NCBI GenBank assembly: GCA_013239625.1
Contig: MU053859.1
Coordinates: forward strand, 62,001-126,000
DNA: 64,000 nucleotides
Direction: 5' to 3'
From: Lama guanicoe
Lineage: Eukaryota
Positions 1 through 14,789 of the stretch are shown one piece after another; position 1 is the first letter of the stretch, and every line of letters starts with the position of its first letter. Under the pieces are notes generated by a model. It had not been told where the DNA came from, did not search any database, and saw nothing but the letters and a program-made list of their open reading frames with translations. The position numbers were made by a program, and so were the translations under genes.

Positions 1-1900
1 TTGCAGTATATAAGCGTATCAAATCATCATGTTGTACACCTTAAATTTATGCATATATATATGTGTATATATATTTATATATCAAGTATATCTCAATAAA
101 GGTGGAAGAAGAAAGATCCCAAATCTCCATTACTAATTAATATTTTGGGGAAGTATTGTTCAATGCAATCAGACAAAATAACCAAAATACAGGGGAAAAC
201 AGAAAAATAGACACAATTATTTGAAGGTAATAAAGTATGTGTATCGCAAAACTAAGAGTCGATTGAGAAAATGCATTATACTACCCAAAATAAGCTTAAA
301 ATTTATTAGCTACAGTCACAAAATTAATATACTAAAATCAATTGCCTTTATATATCCAATAACCTTTTAAAAATATAACTGAAGGGAAGGCATTGCTTGT
401 CGACAGCTAACAAACTTTTTTAAAAAAGACAAAACTGGAAATAAACTTAGTAAGAAGTGCTCCAAATTGCTATGAAGAGAACTGAACGAACAAAAAAATA
501 GAAAACAGCATCATGAATGTAGACTCGAACTGATGGATATTCAGCCATGTCTTGGATTGAAGGCTAAGTGTCAGAGATAAATTTTCCTTAAGTTAATTGA
601 TTAATTAAGAAGTAATTTAGTATTCTATAAAACTACATCTCAGTTTGTTTTTGTTGATTATAGTGCACGAATTGGCAAAATTCATTATACAATTATTTGG
701 GAGAGCAAACAAATGAGAAGAGTCAAGTAAACACTGAAAAAGGTGGAAATACAAAATGGCACAATCCTATGGGGAGATAGTTGGAAAAAGCTAGCAAATT
801 TATATAGGCATTTACATTGTCATCCAGCAATGTCTCTTTGAGGAATTTGTCTTAGTGACAACTTGGCAAAATATAAAAGACATAAGTGCAAAGTATTACA
901 CTATTTAAAATAGGAATATACTAGGGAAAGAATGAAGATAGTATAAATGTCCATCAACGAGGGGTGGGGGGTAGTTGAATAAACCATGGTACCTCCAATT
1001 AATGAAGAAACATTCAGCTAAATGCAGGATCAGGGGATGTAGCTGTGTCTGTTTGTATATGTGTGCGTGTGCGTGTGTAACGATTTTCTGTAGGGAAGGA
1101 GGAAGAGGACAGGGTGAAAGGGACAGGATAGGAGTTGGAACTATGTTTTTTAAAATTTTTTTAAAATGAAGTACAGTCAATTATAATGTGTCAGTTTCTG
1201 GTGTACAGCACAATGTCCCAGTCATTCATATACACACATATATCTGTTGTCACATTTTTCTCCATTAAAAGTTATTACAAGATATTGATCATAGTTCCCT
1301 GTGCTCTACAAAAGAAACTTTTTAGAATCTATTTTTATATACAGTGGCCAACATCTGCAAATATCACAGGGAGTTGAAATTATGGGAGTGGGAGGTCTCT
1401 ACCTTGCTATACAGGTTTGAGTTTAAAAATATGTAAAAATGCTTTACATAATTATAATTATATTCTATGAATTATGTATAATTATAATTATATAATATGT
1501 ATGCTTATACATAATTTTTAAAACCTGTCAGAATGAAAAAGCGATCTCTAAAAATAAAATGAAATATAAAATAAAGGACTCTGCATATTGTTAGTGACTT
1601 AATTGTAAAGAGAGGAATTATGTGAAGTAAATTTAAAACTGTGGAAGCCCAATGTAATATATACTAAGGACAAAAAAAAACCCTCCAAAAAACACTGTAA
1701 TCTGCTATAAGCAAGTATATTGTTAGTGACACTATTTCTACAGTGATTCTGAAACTTTCTGAATATAGGGCAAAAATGTGATTTCTTCTTATCATTAGTA
1801 CCAAGATATAAGAAAAGAGATACAAATATACAATCATAAAGTAAAACACTGTGTACAGTGACAAGACTTAAATGATCGATTCAATTCAAATGTAATATGT
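1..1900. mobile_element. Patchwork of old L1 fragments (3' end at 1-110; antisense younger L1 tip ~1150-1365)
   Basis: atatctcaataaag terminus; gaagtacagtcaattataatgtgtcagtttctggtgtacagc. Confidence 0.6.
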
Positions 1901-2660
1901 CTTACACCAAATTTTACTAAATATCACCAAGCTTTACTAAATATTAGCAAAATACATTAGTAAATAATGATGAAGTGGCATATGCCACTTAAATAATTAG
2001 GAGTTGCAAATTTATTATTTGCAGCTCCCTGAGCTCTTTTTCTGTACCAAAAAACACATTTAGTTTTCCAAGTAACATCTACAAACTGAGTGTGAAAAAC
2101 GTTTTTACAGAGGAGCCACTACATTTTGGGGTCCTTCAGGTTAATATCTCTAGTTTCCCCCCAAAAAAGTTACATCTGATGAAAAAACATATTTTAAAAC
2201 TTTTGCAAGCTGAATTAAAAATTGATATTGGAAAATACCGTATTTTACAAATGGTAAGGAAGTAGCCGGCTGGTACCAAATATTTATATTTTAATTATTA
2301 ATTTTAATGAAATATGTATATTTCCTGAGTATATCCTTAATGATATGAGATAAAATATTACTTTGAAAGCAAGTAACTTTGATGAAATTCCCACATTGAT
2401 AAATGAGAGAGTCAGAGACAGAGAGAGGACAGAAGCTTAGACAGAGAGAAGGAAGTACCACAGAAATGAGACAGTCCAAGAACAGAAAATGACAGAATAT
2501 TGGAAACCATTATCCACATTAGTTCTCATATGAAATCCATACCCATATTAATCTGCAGTGATTCCATACCTTGACATTTAAGTTGGGATGTTTGGATAGA
2601 ATTCCTTTTCTTCAGCTCCACATTCAATGTCATGTATCTTTCTTCACCTTGCATCTTCAA

Positions 2661-2686
2661 GTGTGTGTGTGTGTGTGTGTGTGTGT
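2661..2686. repeat. (GT)n microsatellite
   Basis: Direct reading. Confidence 0.95.
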
Positions 2687-5600
2687 TTTGTTTTGTTTTT
2701 AATATAAAATAAGAAAAGAATAGTAACTCTGTGTTACTCAGAGACTTGTTCTCAAATGGTCCACCCAGGGTGCCTACAAAGATTCATGGTTTCATCCACT
2801 GGTGAAAACCTCAAAGGAAATGTCTGTTTGTTTACCATGAGAAAGATGACACATATTTTCTCAACTGTCCACCACATATTGAACTTGATAGCACATTTGG
2901 GTCTATCACAACTTCCTCCTGAGAAACCTGTAAAGTCAGGAAAATGAAAACTGTATCCCTTTTAGAGTTGAGTTAACTGAAACATAGCTAATACATTTGC
3001 ATTATGTAAATTTTCAATTATTCTCCCTAATATATTGGTACCTAATTTAATAGAATAACTTGCAATTACCTAACAGTTAAATTATTTCTTGATCTCAAAA
3101 TAACACTGATCAAAAGTTATACTAATGATCTGATAATATACTTTAAAGAAAAAGTACTGGTAATTTTTGAGGCATTCCAAAGACTCATCCGATGCAGAAA
3201 AAATTTTTTCAGGAAGAATTTAGGAAAGAAATCATATTTTCCAATTACTTTTCCTGCTATTTGAAGAGGTTGTCCAATGTTCATGTGCTATGGCAGAAAT
3301 TCGAGATTTTTTTTTCTCTTAGTTTAGTGAAGTCAAATTTACATAGAGTGAAATTCACCCCTGGTCAATATGTGATTGGATGATTTGAAATAGATATATA
3401 GATGTGTGCAACCGTCACCTAATTCAATTTTGGAACTTTTCTATTACTCTGAAAAGTTCTCTGGAGCCCAAGTTTAAGAAATTAATACAGTTTTGGAAAT
3501 AATAATTTTACAAGTTGAGATAGAGGAGTTTAAAATTTGGGCAAGTACATGCCAAATCTCTGGCAATTGTAGCAAGGCTAGAGTAGGAACCCAAAGGTTT
3601 TAGCCATGAAACTTCACTGGTGAGGGAGAAGACCGAGGAAAGAGAACCAAATACAGCAGGCCGCCTGGTTGGAGCCCAGCCAGCCCTGGCCTCCTTCTGC
3701 TTTTTTTAAGCTGAGGAAGAACACTCAACAGAAAGTCTGTCCTCAACAAAAATTTAAGTGCACAATACACTATCGTTTACTCTATTACAATATCAAATAC
3801 CTGCTTAAATTAAGCTTTTTTTCTGTCTGTGGCAACAATGACCAAAAAGGACACTCGAGTATTTGCATGTGTCCAGAAACAGTGGATGCCATATAACAAA
3901 ATGTGATGGATGATATAATCTTTGAAAGACTTCACATCATATAAAACAGAAAATTACCTATAAATTATATTAAAAACATGTGATTGAATACTCACACAAA
4001 GTAGAAAAGACCAAAGTTTAGAAAATGAGTTGCAAAGTCCTCTGTTCTTTGTTTCTGCTCATATATCCAAGCCTTTTTTTCTCGGTCAATAAACTCTTCA
4101 TGGATGGAGTAGGTAGCTCTCTTTTGAAGATGGAAGACTGTTTTCCCAAAACCAACCTCTGCTACACAGGTGTTCTTTCATTCACTCAATGTTCATTCAA
4201 TATCTAGAAAGTTCCAGATCTTGGAAGTACAACAGCTTAAGACTAATAGTAATTAAGAAAGGAAATACCAAAGGTCAGTGATAGTTTATGATGAGCAAAT
4301 CTCGACTTTTTCAAGCATACCATAATGATCTACAAAACACGTGAAGGAGAAAAGAATCTGTAACTTGGTTGTATTCTCAACACCCATCAGCCACTGGTGC
4401 ACGAGCTTGTATCTAATAAGTGTTTGGCTCATGAATGGATCAGAAGGTAGGCTTTGGTGAACACTTCAGCAAAGGAAGATGTTTTCAGGGAGGACAGCGT
4501 GAGAGCCTTCACATCATTGTGCACATAGATGTGTCTGTCTCACGATCGCGTGGTAGCAGGCTCTTCAAGTCCTCACACAACCACTAGAGCGCACCAGTTC
4601 ACAAGCAGAACTGAGGTCCGCCAGGGAGGGTCCTCGCTGGGATGTAGAAAAAGAAGGCTGAAAACAGCATTGTGTCAGGAATCAGCCTGCTGATTTCATT
4701 AACTACCGGGCAGTAATTTGAAACACTACATCTTCAAGTGGTGTGTTTTGATTCACTGATCTCATGGCATCTATTAAATTAATCATCATCTTTTCCTGAG
4801 ACAGGCAAAAACAGTCAGTCTAGCTAAGTTTATTAAATATTTATTTAGTGATCATCTACACTGATCTGGTCACTATGCTCAGAACCGCCACATACTACCT
4901 ATGAAAGTCTGCCTTCATTCTCCAAGTCTATTATGCGGGGACCATGGATCATTCATTTAAAATTTAGCTTTCAGGACTAGCTTCCCCACTAAAAATTTTA
5001 AATTGTTAAAATGAGATAAATTCAAGTAACTTAGATTTAGGATTTTTTAGCATTTTTGAATACTTCATGAGATAACAATATACATTCCAAGTTTGTGGCT
5101 GAAAATGATGATTATCTATGCTATTTATTTAGTAATTCCATTGTACTAAAGTCAGCTCTCCTGAAATGAATAATACAGTTTCTCTTTTCAAATTCTATTA
5201 TTTGAAAAATATAGATGCCACAAATAAACACATTTTATTGCTTTATAAACATGTGTCCTCTTCAAAATGCTACTTACAAAAAAAAAAAGCTTACCAAAAA
5301 AACTTACAAAATAACTTACAAAACCTTAAATTGAAATACTCTTAATGTCTCTGTTTTGGAGACCCTTGGCTAAATACCTTTCAAAAAGTCTGAAGACTCT
5401 AACATTACTGTAAAATTAATACATTTTCTTTCCTTCTTTAAGGAGTTAAAAATGGAATTAATGAATTATGTGTTAGGTATTGAGCCAAAGTAAGTCACAC
5501 TAAGATCTGTGTAAACTTTTCTTGAAAAGTTTCATTTCAAAAATTGCAACAAATGAAAACATGTGATGTTTTCTTTTTTTTACTGAGAAGTCCTCCTAAA

Positions 5601-8089
5601 TGACCCTGACTTCCTGTTTCATATTCTACTAAGAAAACAGAGTGCAATGTGTTCCAGCCCAGATAATATCTGAATGTTTTGTATTCTTTTGGATTGAAAT
5701 CAAAGGAGCAGTGAAAAAAGAAAACAAATCTACATCTAGTTTTAATTTATTCAATATCCTAGAATTTGAGATTTTTGTCTCATTTATTTATCATTTAAAA
5801 AGAAATAAAAATTAGAGGTATCCTAGTAAATGAATACATAATTCTGGCAATGGATAAGTATATAAACATGGGAGGAAATTCACAAAAGAGATCTCACCAG
5901 TGAGCATGGAGTATCAACGCAGACTCATGAAAATAACATTCCACTGTCATTTCAGACCACATAGAAAACTACATATTATAGCTGTAAATATGACTAATTT
6001 AAATAAAACGTCCAAGAAATTTAATACGAGACAAAGAATGACCTTTATACATGTTTCAAATGAGAAAATTGATAGTGGGGGAATCAGTGGAAGGGCTAGA
6101 GGAAGTGAAGATGGTGATTTTGATATTAATGATAGTAGTATATGACTTCTTTTGCAGCCAAAGGAAGAACGTTTAATAAAGCAAAAGAAAAGATCAATTG
6201 TATCGAATTCTTCTAAGTCCATTAAGAAGGAAATTGAGGGATTTTTTAATGAACTTCTTTTGTTTAAATAGATTTTCACACATCTCATCCAAAGACATAA
6301 TACAGAAGCCTGTGTGACTTGGGCAGTGCGGTCCTGGAGTGACTGAGACCCAAGATACCCACCTTGGCCAAAGGGCACAAAGTATCTTTCAGGTTTGGGG
6401 AAAAAAATAGGATATAAAATATAGCAGTAGGTCAATAATAACCTTCACCATATTGGAAAAATTATTTTAAAATTTATCCAGAAAAAGATAGTAGAAAAGC
6501 CAAGATTACCTTCCCCCTAAAGAAATAATATCTTGGTGTCTTCCAACTATGAGGTATTTAATAGTAATAACAACAATAGTAATATTAATGTATTCCCAAA
6601 CTAAAACACAATCGCCACTCAGGTCTCAGCTCAATTTTTAACTTTTGAATAGTCAGACTGATGTGAAGGCTGATATGGTCAATCAGGTAGGTCTGCCTAA
6701 AACCCATGGAAAGGCCCATGTTGTCATCCTCACAGTATCTCAGCAGCCTACATACCATTGCTCCTTGAATTTCCATCATTCTCCTGTGATTAAGATGAAA
6801 AGTCTTGAGGATGCAGACTTAAATTATGATCACTGTTTCGTGGTTAACTGATACTAGAAGATAAATCAATGCAATACAAACCATATAAACAACTTTGTTT
6901 TCTCCAACTAGACTTCCTGCCAAGATATCACCAATGTCATCTGCCCAGTTTGTACTCGTACAAACACAGACATTTCAGAAAAAAGATAACTATTTTGCTT
7001 CACTGGATTTTAAGGTACACTGAAGTCTACATTTATACTCATTAACATTCTCATTTTATCATCCTTCAGATTAATTCAGTTATTTGCTAGTTTGATCTGT
7101 ATTTTGTATTAGGATTTTCTTACAGTAGCATTAAAAACTATAACTTACTATAATAAGTCATAATTACAGTTACAAACTATGGCCTTAAATACTTTTTTTT
7201 TTTAGACTTGAATGAAATTGTGAACTTCCAGTACCCCTAAAAAATACCCTTGAAATTCGTAACTTTCTGTTTCTAAGAAAAGAAGTTCAATTCACTTCCT
7301 ATAAATTACGTAGATTTGTGGTAAAATTGGAATCAAGAGAAACGTGTAAAGGAAACAGATGGGTAGGTGTTACATCCTTATTTGACTACAAATAAATTCT
7401 GAGACTTAATTGAAAAGTGAGTTTTCCTAAAACCTGGCAACTTGAAAAGTTGTCCCAGGATCAAAAGCGAGATTATTATATATATATTGTCTTCAAGTGG
7501 TTTATTTTATAGCCCCTTAGCAAGGCTCATTATTAAGTCTCTTATTTTTACCAACTTGTATAATTATATCATTATAGAATCATATTTCTGCAGTTAAAAT
7601 GATTTATTTATAAGATTTATATCTCAAACTGGATTGTAGATTTTCAGGGCAAGGATCATGGCATTCAACTTTTTACTTCTCATGGTTCTTACTTTTCTGA
7701 TATTTATTGAGAAGCATGGGACACTAGTGCTTTGCAGTTGGAAATCTGGTAAAATAAAGATATTTCCTATTTTATTCCTCAGTTTAATATTGGATATGCT
7801 GTGTTGTGCTTTTGAATGCTAGATGCTTAGAATTTGCTATTCAATCTTACTCATTTCAGCACATCTATCATGCAAACCAATTAGTCACTTGGTCAATAAA
7901 AAAATTATGTGTATATATATATATATATATAGTCTCAGGTATGATAATTATAAATATAAATTTTGTCTCCCCAGCATCTTCCTTTCTATTTCTTTGGAAA
8001 AATCCCCTGTTTATATAATATCATCTTGTGAAGTTGTCAGCCAGACTGTGTCATTCTCCTGGTTGAAACGATTATCTTTAAAATGGGTG

Positions 8090-8474
8090 GATGACCAACA
8101 GGCACATGAAAAGATATTCAACACTAATCATCAGGGAAATGTAAATCAAAGCCACAGTGAGGTGTCACCTCACACCTGTCAGAACAGTTATCATCAAAAA
8201 GACAACAAATAACAAGTGTTGATGAGGATGTGGGAAAAAGAGATCCCTGGTGTGCTATTGGTTGGAGTGTAAATCGGTACAGCCACTATGGAAAATGGTA
8301 TGGAGAGCACGCCAAAAATTAAAGATAGAACCATATAACCTAGCAATTCCACTTCATCTGAAGAAAATGAAAACATTAAGTTGAAAAGTTATATGCACTT
8401 CTATGTTCATAGCAGCACTATTTACAATAGCCAAGATAAGAGGCAACGTAAGTGGCCATGAATGGACAAAGAAG

Positions 8475-8508
<34 letters not shown>

Positions 8509-9115
8509 GAAGAGAAATAGGTAAAGAAGGTTAAGAGATACAAGTTTTCAGTTACAAAATAAATGAGTCACAAGTATGAAATGTAGAGTCAGTAATTATA
8601 AAAAATCTTAGTATGGTGACAGATGACAACTAGATTTATCATGGTGATCTTTTTGAAATTTATAGAAATATTGAACCACTATGCTGTATATCAGGAATTA
8701 ACATAGTGTTGTAGGTCAATCATACTTCAAAAGCAAAAAAAATAATTCATAGAAAGAGAGGATCAGGTTTGTGGTTACCAGAGGTGAGGGGTGAGGGGAA
8801 AGGGAGTTGGATGAAGGCAGTCAAAGCTGCAAACCTCCAGCTATTAGATAAGTACTAGAGATGTGGAGTATAATGTGAAAAGATAATTAACATTGTATAT
8901 GGAAATTGCTAAGAAAGTAAATCCTGAGTTATTGTAAGCAGAAAAATAATGGTTTTTTCTATTTCTTTAATATTGTATCTATATGAAATGATCGATGTTC
9001 ACTGAACCTATTGTGGAAATCATTTCACAACGTACGTAAGTCAAATCATTGTGTTGTATACCTTTAACTTACACAGTGTTGTATGTCAATTATATCTCAA
9101 TAAAACTGGAAGCAA
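8090..9115 (+). mobile_element. L1 ORF2 C-terminus and 3' UTR
   Basis: caacaggcacatgaaaagatattcaacac, atgttcatagcagcactatttacaatagccaag, end gtcaattatatctcaataaa. Confidence 0.88.
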
Positions 9116-9499
9116 AATCAACAGATGAAGCTGCCAACAAGATAAAAAAAAGGATCTACATTCTCTGACCTCAGTAAATAGAACCATGTTTGCTTCTCTT
9201 CTGTATGAATCATTTTTACAGTATCTACAAATGTGGTGGGTTTCATGCAAAATACACACTTCCGTGTGTTTACCAGAGGATCAAAGCATTCGTCATAATC
9301 ACCCTCCAAAAACGTCAGGTGCAAGAGAGCTAGAGAAGTAGCTATTATCAAGATATAGGCTGCACAAAAGTTCTAGATTTGCTCATTCCTTTGTAGTATT
9401 GCTCCCAGGGAGTATAGATTACACGTGTCATCCCGAAAATAAATAGATCAAAGAGGAAAAACCCCTTTTTTGCTCAGCTTTGCCCCAGTATTTCTTGAG

Positions 9500-9930
9500 A
9501 TTGTGTTCCAGCTCAGGAAAGAGACTGTCAGACAGACCTTTGCACACAGGATGTTAATTAGGGAGGTACCTCAAAATCAGCACCTGTGCGTGAGAAAGAG
9601 AGACTTCTGTCTGGATAGAGGGAAACTTGAACTGTGACTCAGAGCCAACAAAAGCTGCAGCTGACACCACAGAGAGTTCTGGATTGGAATGGTCCTTTAA
9701 GTTTGTCCTGATGTAAGTCAAGAGGTCCAGGCTTTTAGAGTCTCACATGAGATAGTCATCTGATGCAGTTGTTCCCGAGGGAGAGTGTGACTCTGAGAAG
9801 GTGGTATCCTTTCGCGGAAAGCCACACAGCAGAGATTCAGCTGAAAACTTTGAGATGTCAACTCCCATCAGCTTAGAGAATGAGTTCCTCGGTTCAGAGT
9901 ATGGGGACATGCCGCTGCATCCACTGCAGA
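9500..9930. mobile_element. Old ERVL/MaLR-class LTR
   Basis: agagggaaacttgaactgtgactcag...ggaatggtcctttaag, resembles ancient eutherian LTRs. Confidence 0.5.
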
Positions 9931-9964
9931 TAGAAGATCACTTTCTAAATCAAAGGACAGAAAA

Positions 9965-9966
<2 letters not shown>

Positions 9967-10003
<37 letters not shown>
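9967..10003. repeat. (AT)n microsatellite
   Basis: Direct reading. Confidence 0.95.
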
Positions 10004-10006
<3 letters not shown>

Positions 10007-10829
10007 TTCTTGATTAGGTTCCTTTACTTAAGGCTAGAACCATATAACCAAATGTCTATTAAAAATACCCAGTTAAATACCCAACAGGTTCCAGAAACTG
10101 ACCTCATCATTTCGATCCTCCCCTAAGTCCAATCTTTATTTTCTATGTTATTTAAACAATACTTTTCACAACCGTCTGAAATCAAAACACAACTGTCTCT
10201 GACTTTCTGTTTCTGCGTCTCCTCACCGTGAATTGCCTCATCCAACTACTCACAGACTAATTTACTAATCATGTCTTTAACTCAACAACTTTCCCTCACC
10301 TCTACTGCCACCACACTAATCTTGAATATAATCATCTCTCTGTGGTAACAGCTTATTTCAGTCCATCCTATGTTAGTCAGCCTGAGTAATCCTTCTAGAA
10401 GTGAAGATCTGATGACAGTTAGTTCCCAGTGTGTAACACTTTAGAGACTTACCGCTATACTTAGAATAATTCTTAACTATTTAACAGCATTTATTTGGTC
10501 CTTTGTAATTTGGCTCTGTCTCCTGCTTCACTCTCTATTCTCAATTTACTCCAGCTTGTTGGATTTTTTCAGTTCCTCCAATTGGTTATTCCTCCTCTGC
10601 TCTTTGAGACTTTTAATATTTGTCCTTAACTAAAAGCTCTTCCCCTGCCTTATTTACCTGGAAAATTTATGTTTGGCTTTTACTCCTAATATTAAACATT
10701 ACTTTTTACATCAAGCTGTCCTCAGAGTTGAGTCAATTCCCTAATATGTTCCTACAGCTCCCTTTATTTTTACTATCAAGATAATAAACAGACTTCATTA
10801 TAGTTACATGTTTAATTGGTCAAACATCG

Positions 10830-11985
10830 GAAGGAATGGAGTTATGACCTACAAAAAGCTTTCCCTTCATAAAATCAACAAGAACATTGACCAAAATTGT
10901 CAAAATCAACTTTCTCAGAATGCTGGAAATTAACCAAAGATTTGAAAAAAATCTACTAGGATTTATTCTAGAACACAGCTGCATCTCATTAAGAACAGTG
11001 ACTTTTGTGGGGTTTTCACTTGCTCTGTTCCCATCCCCTTCTTCTCAGCTTCACAGTAACCTCGAAAATCAACAGTCTGGCAACTTTAGTAGCTGTGGAA
11101 AACACCATCATAACAGGAACTGGGGGAGCAGGCAGAAAGAATCTGGAGGTCCTCAAGAAATAATTCTCAGGGTAGTCATTTTTTGAACTAGGCGGCTTTT
11201 CCCCGGAAATTCCCATCTGTAGGGCATATCTTGACCCCAAAGAATCAAACAGAACTTGCTCAGTGCAAATAGCCTTTTCCATGGGGGAATCTGTCAAAAA
11301 TAATCAGCACCAGCTGCTGAACATGATGGCTTCCTGAGGCAGCAATAAGAGTTGGGGCAAAGAAAAGGCTGATTGAAAAAACTTCAAAGAGAAACTTGGG
11401 GGATAAGGTATTCATAGGGGGCTTTGAAATGATTTAACATGTTACTAGAAATATGGAATGCTACGTACATGCGTAGGGCTGTGCACATGCTCAAGAAAGA
11501 CCTGAGAAGGCACTAAATTCTCACTTCTGACTGACCTTGAGGCTCTGTACGAGCAAAAGTTAAGGCCAAGATTTTAAATCAGCTATTTTAAATATTTTCA
11601 AAGGACAAAAGCAACCATGCTTTCAACTACATATGAGAAAAATGTCTCAACAAGTAGAAAATCTCAAGGAAGATAAAAGAATCACCAAAAAAAAAAAAAA
11701 AAAAAAAACAAACCAAAAAAAAAAAAAAAAAAAAGAACCAAATAGAATTTCTGGAGTTGAAAATTACAATAAGTAGAATAAAAAAATTGATTAACTGCAA
11801 TTTTGGCTGAAGAAAGAATCAGTGAACTTGAAGATAAATTGATTGAGATTATAAAATCTGGGAACATTAAAAAAAAAAAGGAACGGAGAAAATGAATAGA
11901 GCCTCAGAGAGCTGTGGAACACGAACCAGCATATCAACCGAGGCTTAACGGGAGTCCCAGAGGAGAGAAGGGAGGCAAAAAGTAG
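10830..11985 (+). mobile_element. Ancient L1 5'/ORF1 region, resuming near 14790-15530
   Basis: L1 ORF1-like DNA (gaaccaaatagaatttctggagttgaaaattacaata, gaagaaagaatcagtgaacttgaagata). Confidence 0.7.
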
Positions 11986-11986
11986 A

Positions 11987-14400
11987 AATTTTTTTATTAT
12001 TATAAGTTTCAAGCGTGCAGCATTATAATCAATACGTCTATACACTACCAACTGATCACCACACAAGTCTAGATACCAGCCAACACCATACAGTTGACCT
12101 TCTTTACCCATTTCACCCACCCGCCTCCAACCACTTCCCCTCTGGCAACTACTAATCTGACCTCTGTACCTATGAGTTTGTAAAGTTTATTTTAATTTAT
12201 TCATTTGTGGGGGGTTCTTTGTTTTTTAGATTCTACATATGAGTGAAATCATTTGGTATTTGTCTTTCTTTCTCTGACTTATTTCACTTAGTGTATTACT
12301 TTTTAGGTCCATCCCTGTTGCTGCAAATGGCAGGAGTTCATTAATTTTATGGATCAGTAGTGTTCTGTTGTACAAATATATCACATCTTTATCCATTCAT
12401 CTATCAGTGGACACTTAGGTTGTTTCCATATCTAGGCAATTGTAAATAATGCTACAACAGACATGGGCTGCATGTATCTTTTCGAGTTAGTGTTTTCATG
12501 CTCTTTGAATAAATATTTGGAAGTGGAAGAGCTGGGTCACATGGTAGTTCTAGTCTTACTTTATTGAGAATTCTCCATGCTGTTTTCCACAGTGGCTGCA
12601 CCAATTTGCAGTTCCACCAACAGTGAACAAATTCCTTTTTTTCCCACATCCTCGCCAACGTTTGTTATTTTCTGTCTTTTGATAATAGCCTATTCTAATA
12701 GGTATAAGGTGATATCCCGTAATAGTTTTTATTTGCATTTTCCTAATAGTTAGGAAATGGATGTGATACATCTTTCCATGTGCCTGTTGGTCATCTGTAT
12801 GTCTTCTTTGGAAAAATGTCTATTCAGATTCACAGCTCATTTTTAAATTGGGTTCTTTTATTTTTTCTTGTTGAGCTGTGTGAGTTCTTTATGTATTTTA
12901 GATATTAACCTTCTATTGGATATTATTAGATACACGATTTGCAAATATCGTCTGCTATGCAGTAGGTTGCCTTTTTTTGTTTTGATGATGATTTCCTTTG
13001 CTGTGCATGAGCTTTTGAGTTTTATATACTCCCAAATGTTTAGTTTTGCTTTTGTTCTCCCTTGCCTTTGTCAAATCCACAAAAATGTCATTAAGACTTA
13101 TGTCACATTGGAAATTGACACAACGTAAACTGACTATAACTCAATAAAATAAAATAAAATAAAAAGGCTTATGTCAAAGGGTGCACTGCCTGTTTTCTTC
13201 TAGGAATTTTAGTTCTTACATTTAAGTCTTTAATCCATTTTGAGTTTAGTTTTGTGTATGGTGTTAAGATAGTGGTCTCATTTTATTCCTTTGCATATGA
13301 CAGTTCAGTTTTCCCAGCATCATTTGTTAAAGATTCTATCCTTTCTCCATTGTATATTCTTCGTTCCTTTGACATAAGTTATTTGTCCATATATGCATGG
13401 GTTAACTCCTGGGCTCTAATTCTGTTCCATTGATCTCTGTGTCTGTTTTTGTGCCAATTCCATCTTCTTTTGACTACTATAGCTTTGTAGCATAGTTTGA
13501 AATCAGGGAGGAGAATACCTCCAGCTTTGTTTCTCTTTCTTAACATTGCTTTGGCTATTTGGAGTCTTTTGTGGTTCCATACAAACTTTAAGATTATTTG
13601 TTCTACTTCTGGGAAAAATGCCATGGGTATTTTGATAGACATTGCATTGTATCCATAAATTGCTTAGGGTGGTATGGACATTTAAACAGTATTAGTTCTT
13701 CCACCCCATGAACACAGAATATCTTCTCATTTATTTGTGTCTTCTTCAATTTCTTTCATCAGGATCTTACAGTTTTTGGAGTACAGGTTTTTCACCTTCC
13801 TGATTAAATTTATTCCTAGGTATTTTGTTCTTTCTGTGCAATTGGGAATGGCATTGTTTCCTTATTTTCTCTTTCTGATAGTTTGTTATTAGTGTGTAGA
13901 AATGCAACTGATTTCTGAATAGTGATTTTGAATTCTGTAACTTCACTGACTTCATTTGTCAACTCTAGCAGTCTTTTGGGGGTGGAGTCTTTAGGGTTTT
14001 CTGTATACATTCTTATGTCGTCTGCAAACAGTGACAGTTCTACTTCTTCCCTTCTAATTTGAGTGTCTTGATTTATTTATTTCTCTTGCCTGATTGCTAC
14101 AGCTAGGACCTCCAATACTATGTTGAATAAAAGAGAGTGAGAGTCAGAGTGGCATCTTTGTCCTGTTTCTGATCTTAGAGGAAAAGCTTTCAGCGTTCAC
14201 CATTGAGTAAGAGGTTGGCTGTGGGTTTGTCAAAATGGCCCTCATTATGTTGAGGTATAGTCCCTCTATGCTCACCTTGTTGAGAGTTTTTATTGTAAAT
14301 GGGTATTGAATTCCATCAAATGTTTTCTTTGGCTCTATTAAGATAATTATACGATTTTTATTCTACATTTTGTTATTGTGGTGTATTATATTGACTGATT
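11987..14400 (-). mobile_element. Older L1 (ORF2 3' half and 3' UTR), decayed
   Basis: ORF2-like peptides ([36 protein letters not shown]). Confidence 0.9.
13106..13163 (+). mobile_element. Tiny L1 3' tip nested in the older L1
   Basis: TSD aagacttatgtca (13093-13105) / aaggcttatgtca (13164-13176) around gactataactcaataaaataaaa. Confidence 0.8.
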
Positions 14401-14789
14401 ACCAGAAGTCAAGTTGATCAAATATCTGACCCGTCCAGCCTTCTCTCTGGCATATGAAATTGCTAAAATAAAGTAGTAAATATAAAACTAGTATCTGGTG
14501 TGTTTTTTAAAATCTCCTTAATTCAAGTGCTACAGAAAAAAAGGTTTAAAAATTTTTCCTAGGTACTTTTTAATAACAAAAACAAATCTATTAGTAAATA
14601 ATGGATAGATGTCATGGTGCTACCTGAATTATTGTTGTCAGAAAGTAAATTATCAGAAGTGTTTTAAAACTGGATTATGGCAATAGTTGCATAACTCAAT
14701 AAACCTACTTAAAGCTATTGAATTGTATACTTAAAATCAGTGAATTTCATATCAATGATACATTATTAAAGCTGTTTTTTAAAAGTAAA

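Noticed and set aside
6280..6400. YPPW resemblance to filovirus NP, PWWP domain or retroviral matrix
   Set aside because: Motif too short and spacing inconsistent; kept only as an unassigned coding-like region
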